From contig AP018178.1 of the NCBI GenBank assembly GCA_002368195.1, positions 5,273,286 through 5,337,285 of the forward strand: DNA of 64,000 bases, read 5' to 3'. The stretch is from Calothrix sp. NIES-2100 (GTDB lineage Bacteria; Cyanobacteriota; Cyanobacteriia; Cyanobacteriales; Nostocaceae). This document shows positions 60,761 to 64,000 of this stretch, piece by piece. The position numbers were made by a program, and so were the translations under genes. Below the pieces are notes generated by a model, which searched no databases, was not told where the DNA came from, and worked only from the letters and a program-made list of their open reading frames with translations. Each line of letters opens with the position of its first letter. Positions within the stretch are counted from its first letter, which is position 1.

Positions 60761-62913
60761 GATTTCATTTCGCCGAACTTAGGACTCCACCAGCCTTTTT
60801 GGGTATGAAAGTAAGCTACATCTTTGTGTTTCTTATCTTGACGAGACTGGGGATTGGAACACCGCAGCATGGTTTTACGCTGTCCATCTTTGGTGTAGCT
60901 GTATTCTTCCAAAAACTTTTTACACACCGGACAGGGGTATGAGGTGATTTTCGCTGTCGATTTTTCATCCTTGGTGTCTTTGGTGCGAGGTGCTTCCCAA
61001 GCTTTGTGAAATTCGTTCCAAAATAGGACAATGTTTTCACAGCCACTATGACATTTAAGGAAGTACTTCTTTTTAACTTTAGTGCTAGGAATTTTGGCGA
61101 GAAAATTATTGCACTGCGGACAACGAGTTCTGGAAGTTTCAAATTTGCGATCAGCGACAGCAGCAGTTTTCACCCCATTGCTTGAATTCACAGCTACAGT
61201 TTTGGCTTTAGCTAAGGCTGGTGCAAAGTAATTTTGATTCCAACTTGTGAGGTATTGCTGCCAAGGTTGTTTTCCGGAGGCGATCGCATCTAAAGCATCT
61301 TCCATTTTGGCGGTAAATTCTGCCTCTAGTAAATCTGGTAAGGCTTTTTGTAAAAAAACGTCAACTTCTAACCCTAGAGTTGTCGGCTGGATACTTTCTT
61401 TTGTTAACTGGATGTAACCCCGTTTTTTCAAAGTAGCAATGGTGGGAGAATAGGTACTAGGACGACCAATGCCTTTACGCTCCATCAGTTGCACTAATTT
61501 TGGTTCGCTGTAACGCGGTGGTGGCTGGGTTTGTTTTTTCTCGTGACCTGCATCTGCTAAAGTTAGCATTTGTCCTTGTTGCAAGGCAGGTAACATAGTA
61601 TCTTTGCCAAGATTAGGCCAGTAGCGCGCATAACCTAAAAATTCGACTACTTGTCCTCTAGCTTGCCAGATGATTTCACCAGATTGAGTGATAACCTTCG
61701 TTTTCCGGAGTTGGGCTGGGCGACATTGAGAAGCGATCGCTCTTTTCCAAATTAAAACATACAAGTTAAATTCATCGTTCGGCAATTCCACTCGTAACTG
61801 CGCCGAAGGACGAAACACATCTGTAGGACGAATCGCTTCATGGGCTTCTTGCGCAGTTTTATGGCTGCGATGTCTAGTTGTACGTTGGGGTACGTTCTGC
61901 GGATCGTTTGCTTCTAACCACTTACGCGCACTTTCACAAAACTCAGGACTTAGCATCACTGAGTCTGTCCGCATATATGTAATTAACCCCGCTTCATAAA
62001 GCTTTTGGGCTACCTGCATGGTTTTCTCAGGGGGAAATCGTAACCGAGAACCAGCCGCTTGTTGGAGAGTGGAGGTGATAAAAGGTGGCGGTGGTTGGCG
62101 GTTGCTGACTTTTCCTTCATATTGCACAACTTGGTGGGGATGGCGTTTCGCTTCTTCCACTAGGCGTGTGGCTTCGGCTTCGGAAAGCACCCGCGTCGAT
62201 TCTGGTGCTGTTTGATTATTAATTGTCGTATCATCATGTACCTCGGTTTCCTGCTTCGCCGCTTCCTGAGTTGCATTCGCCATCCCGTGATAAAAAGCCC
62301 GGAATCCCTCAGCATAGTCTACCCAGACACTCCAGTAATCTTGGGGGACAAAGGTTTGAATTTCGCGTTCTCTCTGACAAATTAGGTGTAATGTGGCACT
62401 CTGGACTCTGCCGACACTCTTAGCACCATTATTTAAAGCCCATACTAAAGGACTGCCCTTATAGCCTACCAGCTTGTCTAAGCAATCTCGACACAAACCT
62501 GCACCGACTAAATTCAGGTCAAGTTTTCGCGGATGAGCGATCGCACTGCGCACAGCTGATGCGGTAATTTCTGTATAGACTACTCGCTTGACTTCCCTTA
62601 AACCTAGCACTTCTTGGAGATGCCAAGCGATCGTTTCCCCCTCTCTATCTGGATCGGTGGCTAAGACAACTTCAGTTACCTGTTTAGCTACAGTCTTCAA
62701 TTGCTGGATAGTTTCTTTTGACCGTTCGTCACGGGGGACATAATTGCAGCGCACTTTACCATCATCCATACTAAATCCCAGCGCATCTTCTCCTTGATCG
62801 CTGAGTTCGCGAATGTGACCGCAACTCGCACGCACAATCCACTCTGTACCCAGAATTTCACTGAGTTTTTTGACTTTTCCCGGCGATTCAACTACTAGAA
62901 GGCGTTTAGGCAT
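60757..62913 (-). CDS. topA: DNA topoisomerase I
   Basis: N-terminal Toprim MPKRLLVVESPGKVKKL...; 718 aa; C-terminal Cys-rich zinc-ribbon repeats (CPQCNN..., CPVCKK...). Confidence 0.9.
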   Translation of the reverse strand: MPKRLLVVESPGKVKKLSEILGTEWIVRASCGHIRELSDQGEDALGFSMDDGKVRCNYVPRDERSKETIQQLKTVAKQVTEVVLATDPDREGETIAWHLQEVLGLREVKRVVYTEITASAVRSAIAHPRKLDLNLVGAGLCRDCLDKLVGYKGSPLVWALNNGAKSVGRVQSATLHLICQREREIQTFVPQDYWSVWVDYAEGFRAFYHGMANATQEAAKQETEVHDDTTINNQTAPESTRVLSEAEATRLVEEAKRHPHQVVQYEGKVSNRQPPPPFITSTLQQAAGSRLRFPPEKTMQVAQKLYEAGLITYMRTDSVMLSPEFCESARKWLEANDPQNVPQRTTRHRSHKTAQEAHEAIRPTDVFRPSAQLRVELPNDEFNLYVLIWKRAIASQCRPAQLRKTKVITQSGEIIWQARGQVVEFLGYARYWPNLGKDTMLPALQQGQMLTLADAGHEKKQTQPPPRYSEPKLVQLMERKGIGRPSTYSPTIATLKKRGYIQLTKESIQPTTLGLEVDVFLQKALPDLLEAEFTAKMEDALDAIASGKQPWQQYLTSWNQNYFAPALAKAKTVAVNSSNGVKTAAVADRKFETSRTRCPQCNNFLAKIPSTKVKKKYFLKCHSGCENIVLFWNEFHKAWEAPRTKDTKDEKSTAKITSYPCPVCKKFLEEYSYTKDGQRKTMLRCSNPQSRQDKKHKDVAYFHTQKGWWSPKFGEMKS

Positions 62914-63360
62914 AGCACCTGCTGTTTAGATGCTGTAACAGATACAACTTTTTATCATATCTTGAGTATAAATGTACTATATAAAGAATGCGACAGTACG
63001 AATAATTTCTTGGTATTTCCCATCAATGGCTGAGAAGTCGGAGAGCTAAATTCAGCTGATTTCTCAAAAATTCGCCCCTAAATATGCAATATTTTTTAAT
63101 TTTTCCTTCCCTCAGACTGTCGATATTTAATGCGCGGTATAGAGCGATCGCCCAACTGCAAAACCATCCTTTCATAGTCTTGCCAGTCTCCCAACAGTTT
63201 CAACACAGCCCCAGGTGGCAACTCAATTTTTTCTGATGTAATTACAGTGTCCATAGTTAAGTCAACAATAGCTATCTAAATTATGGGCACAAGGCAGACA
63301 AGAGAGACAAGGAGACACGAGAAAGAGGAGAAATAACTAATGACTAATGACTAATGACTA

Positions 63361-64000
63361 TCAACACAATGAAGCGTAGTTGTTATTTAAAAATGTCTTG
63401 AGTAACAATGCTTCAATTTGGTGAACAGCTAGAGGTGGAGAAAACAAGTAGCCTTGACCAAATTCACATCCAAGTTCCTGTAACCATTGCAGCTGTTGTT
63501 GTGTTTCAATACCTTCTGCCAGAACTGCTAAACCAAGTTGATTGCTGAGTGTGATGATAGTTTTTACCAGTTGATAATTTCGACTCCCTTCTTGCATTTG
63601 ATTAATAAAAGAACGGTCTATTTTCAAAGTGTCAGCGGGTAAGCGATGCAGATAATTGAGTGACGAATAGCCAGTACCAAAATCATCAATACTAATTTGA
63701 ATTCCTAATTTTTTTAACTGCTCTAATACAATGAGCATCTCAGTAATATTATCAATTAGCATACTCTCGGTAATTTCTAAAGTTAGATATTGACCATCTA
63801 AACCTGTATCAGTGAGAATGCGTTCTACGTCTTTCACTAAAGTAGGTTTATGAAGGTCTTGAACTGATAGATTAACACTAACCTTGAGTGGGAATTGAGC
63901 GCCAAAATGAGTTTGCCAGGTTGCCATCTGCTGACAGGCAGTGTGGAGTATCCAGTTATCTAGAGGAATAATTAGTCCTGTTTCTTCCGCTATGGGAATA
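63361..64000 (-). CDS. EAL-domain (c-di-GMP phosphodiesterase) protein, partial; N-terminus beyond window end
   Basis: LEITES, DDFGTGYSSL, QGYLFS motifs; reading frame stays open upstream of the track's first Met (…FIPIAEETGLIIPLDNWILHTACQQMATW…) to the window edge. Confidence 0.8.
   Translation of the reverse strand, partial: IPIAEETGLIIPLDNWILHTACQQMATWQTHFGAQFPLKVSVNLSVQDLHKPTLVKDVERILTDTGLDGQYLTLEITESMLIDNITEMLIVLEQLKKLGIQISIDDFGTGYSSLNYLHRLPADTLKIDRSFINQMQEGSRNYQLVKTIITLSNQLGLAVLAEGIETQQQLQWLQELGCEFGQGYLFSPPLAVHQIEALLLKTFLNNNYASLC

Noticed and set aside
1-64000. tRNA, rRNA, transposase/integrase or toxin-antitoxin genes
   Set aside because: No cloverleaf-compatible segments, rRNA-like conserved blocks, DDE/tyrosine-recombinase ORFs or classic TA pairs found on reading both strands; absence by eye is not proof.

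Overview
This window reads as a chromosomal segment from a filamentous, heterocyst-forming cyanobacterium (Nostoc/Anabaena-like). The evidence is dense STRR-type heptanucleotide tandem repeats (TTGGTCA, CCCCTCAT, CTAGGGG, CCCAATG units), frequent HIP1 GCGATCGC sites, several pentapeptide-repeat proteins and cyanobacterial CO2-uptake genes.

Gene content by region:
- **0-10 kb:** housekeeping genes rpsB, tsf and recG, plus membrane and pentapeptide-repeat proteins.
- **10-16 kb:** a four-gene signalling operon in the order coiled-coil protein, Roadblock/LC7-BON-OmpA membrane protein, Ras-like small GTPase with a non-canonical switch II, and a hybrid PAS-HisKA-HATPase-REC-Hpt sensor kinase.
- **17-19.7 kb:** a 683-aa pentapeptide-repeat membrane protein preceded by a 21-bp tandem repeat array.
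- **20.6-27.2 kb:** an NDH-1 CO2-uptake cluster: ndhF-like, Tat-signal beta-carbonic anhydrase, ndhD-like, CDP-alcohol phosphatidyltransferase-like gene, cupB/chpX-like.
- **27.8-36.3 kb:** assorted accessory genes (complex tandem repeat, Rieske PAO-like oxygenase, alpha/beta hydrolase, LD-carboxypeptidase).
- **36.5-59.5 kb:** a large accessory locus that I consider the most interesting part:
  - two paralogous secreted RTX-like repeat proteins;
  - a ~10.5-kb minus-strand operon for a CDP-linked, C-methylated deoxysugar pathway (rfbF-like, rmlC-like, TylC3-like C-methyltransferase, SDR, PIG-L deacetylase, NAD-epimerase/dehydratase, DUF4910-like);
  - two paralogous TPR-GT2 glycosyltransferases at the 5' end of that operon;
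  - a separate TPR-GT41 (O-GlcNAc-transferase-like) protein;
  - an RTX calcium-binding protein;
  - four small genes encoding peptides with double-glycine-type leaders, two of them in a ~0.9-kb tandem duplication.

A palindromic motif, AGCCAAATTGGCT, recurs upstream of this operon, of all four small genes and of one RTX-like gene. Upstream of three of these it occurs as a pair of copies spaced exactly 30 nt apart, which suggests one regulon. My hypothesis is a glycosylated secreted peptide/protein system: either a glycocin-like bacteriocin system or an oscillin-like glycosylated surface-protein system carrying an unusual CDP-derived methyl-deoxysugar. No peptidase-containing ABC exporter is present in the window.

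The 3' end carries topA and a partial EAL-domain gene. No rRNA, tRNA, CRISPR or transposase genes were recognised.
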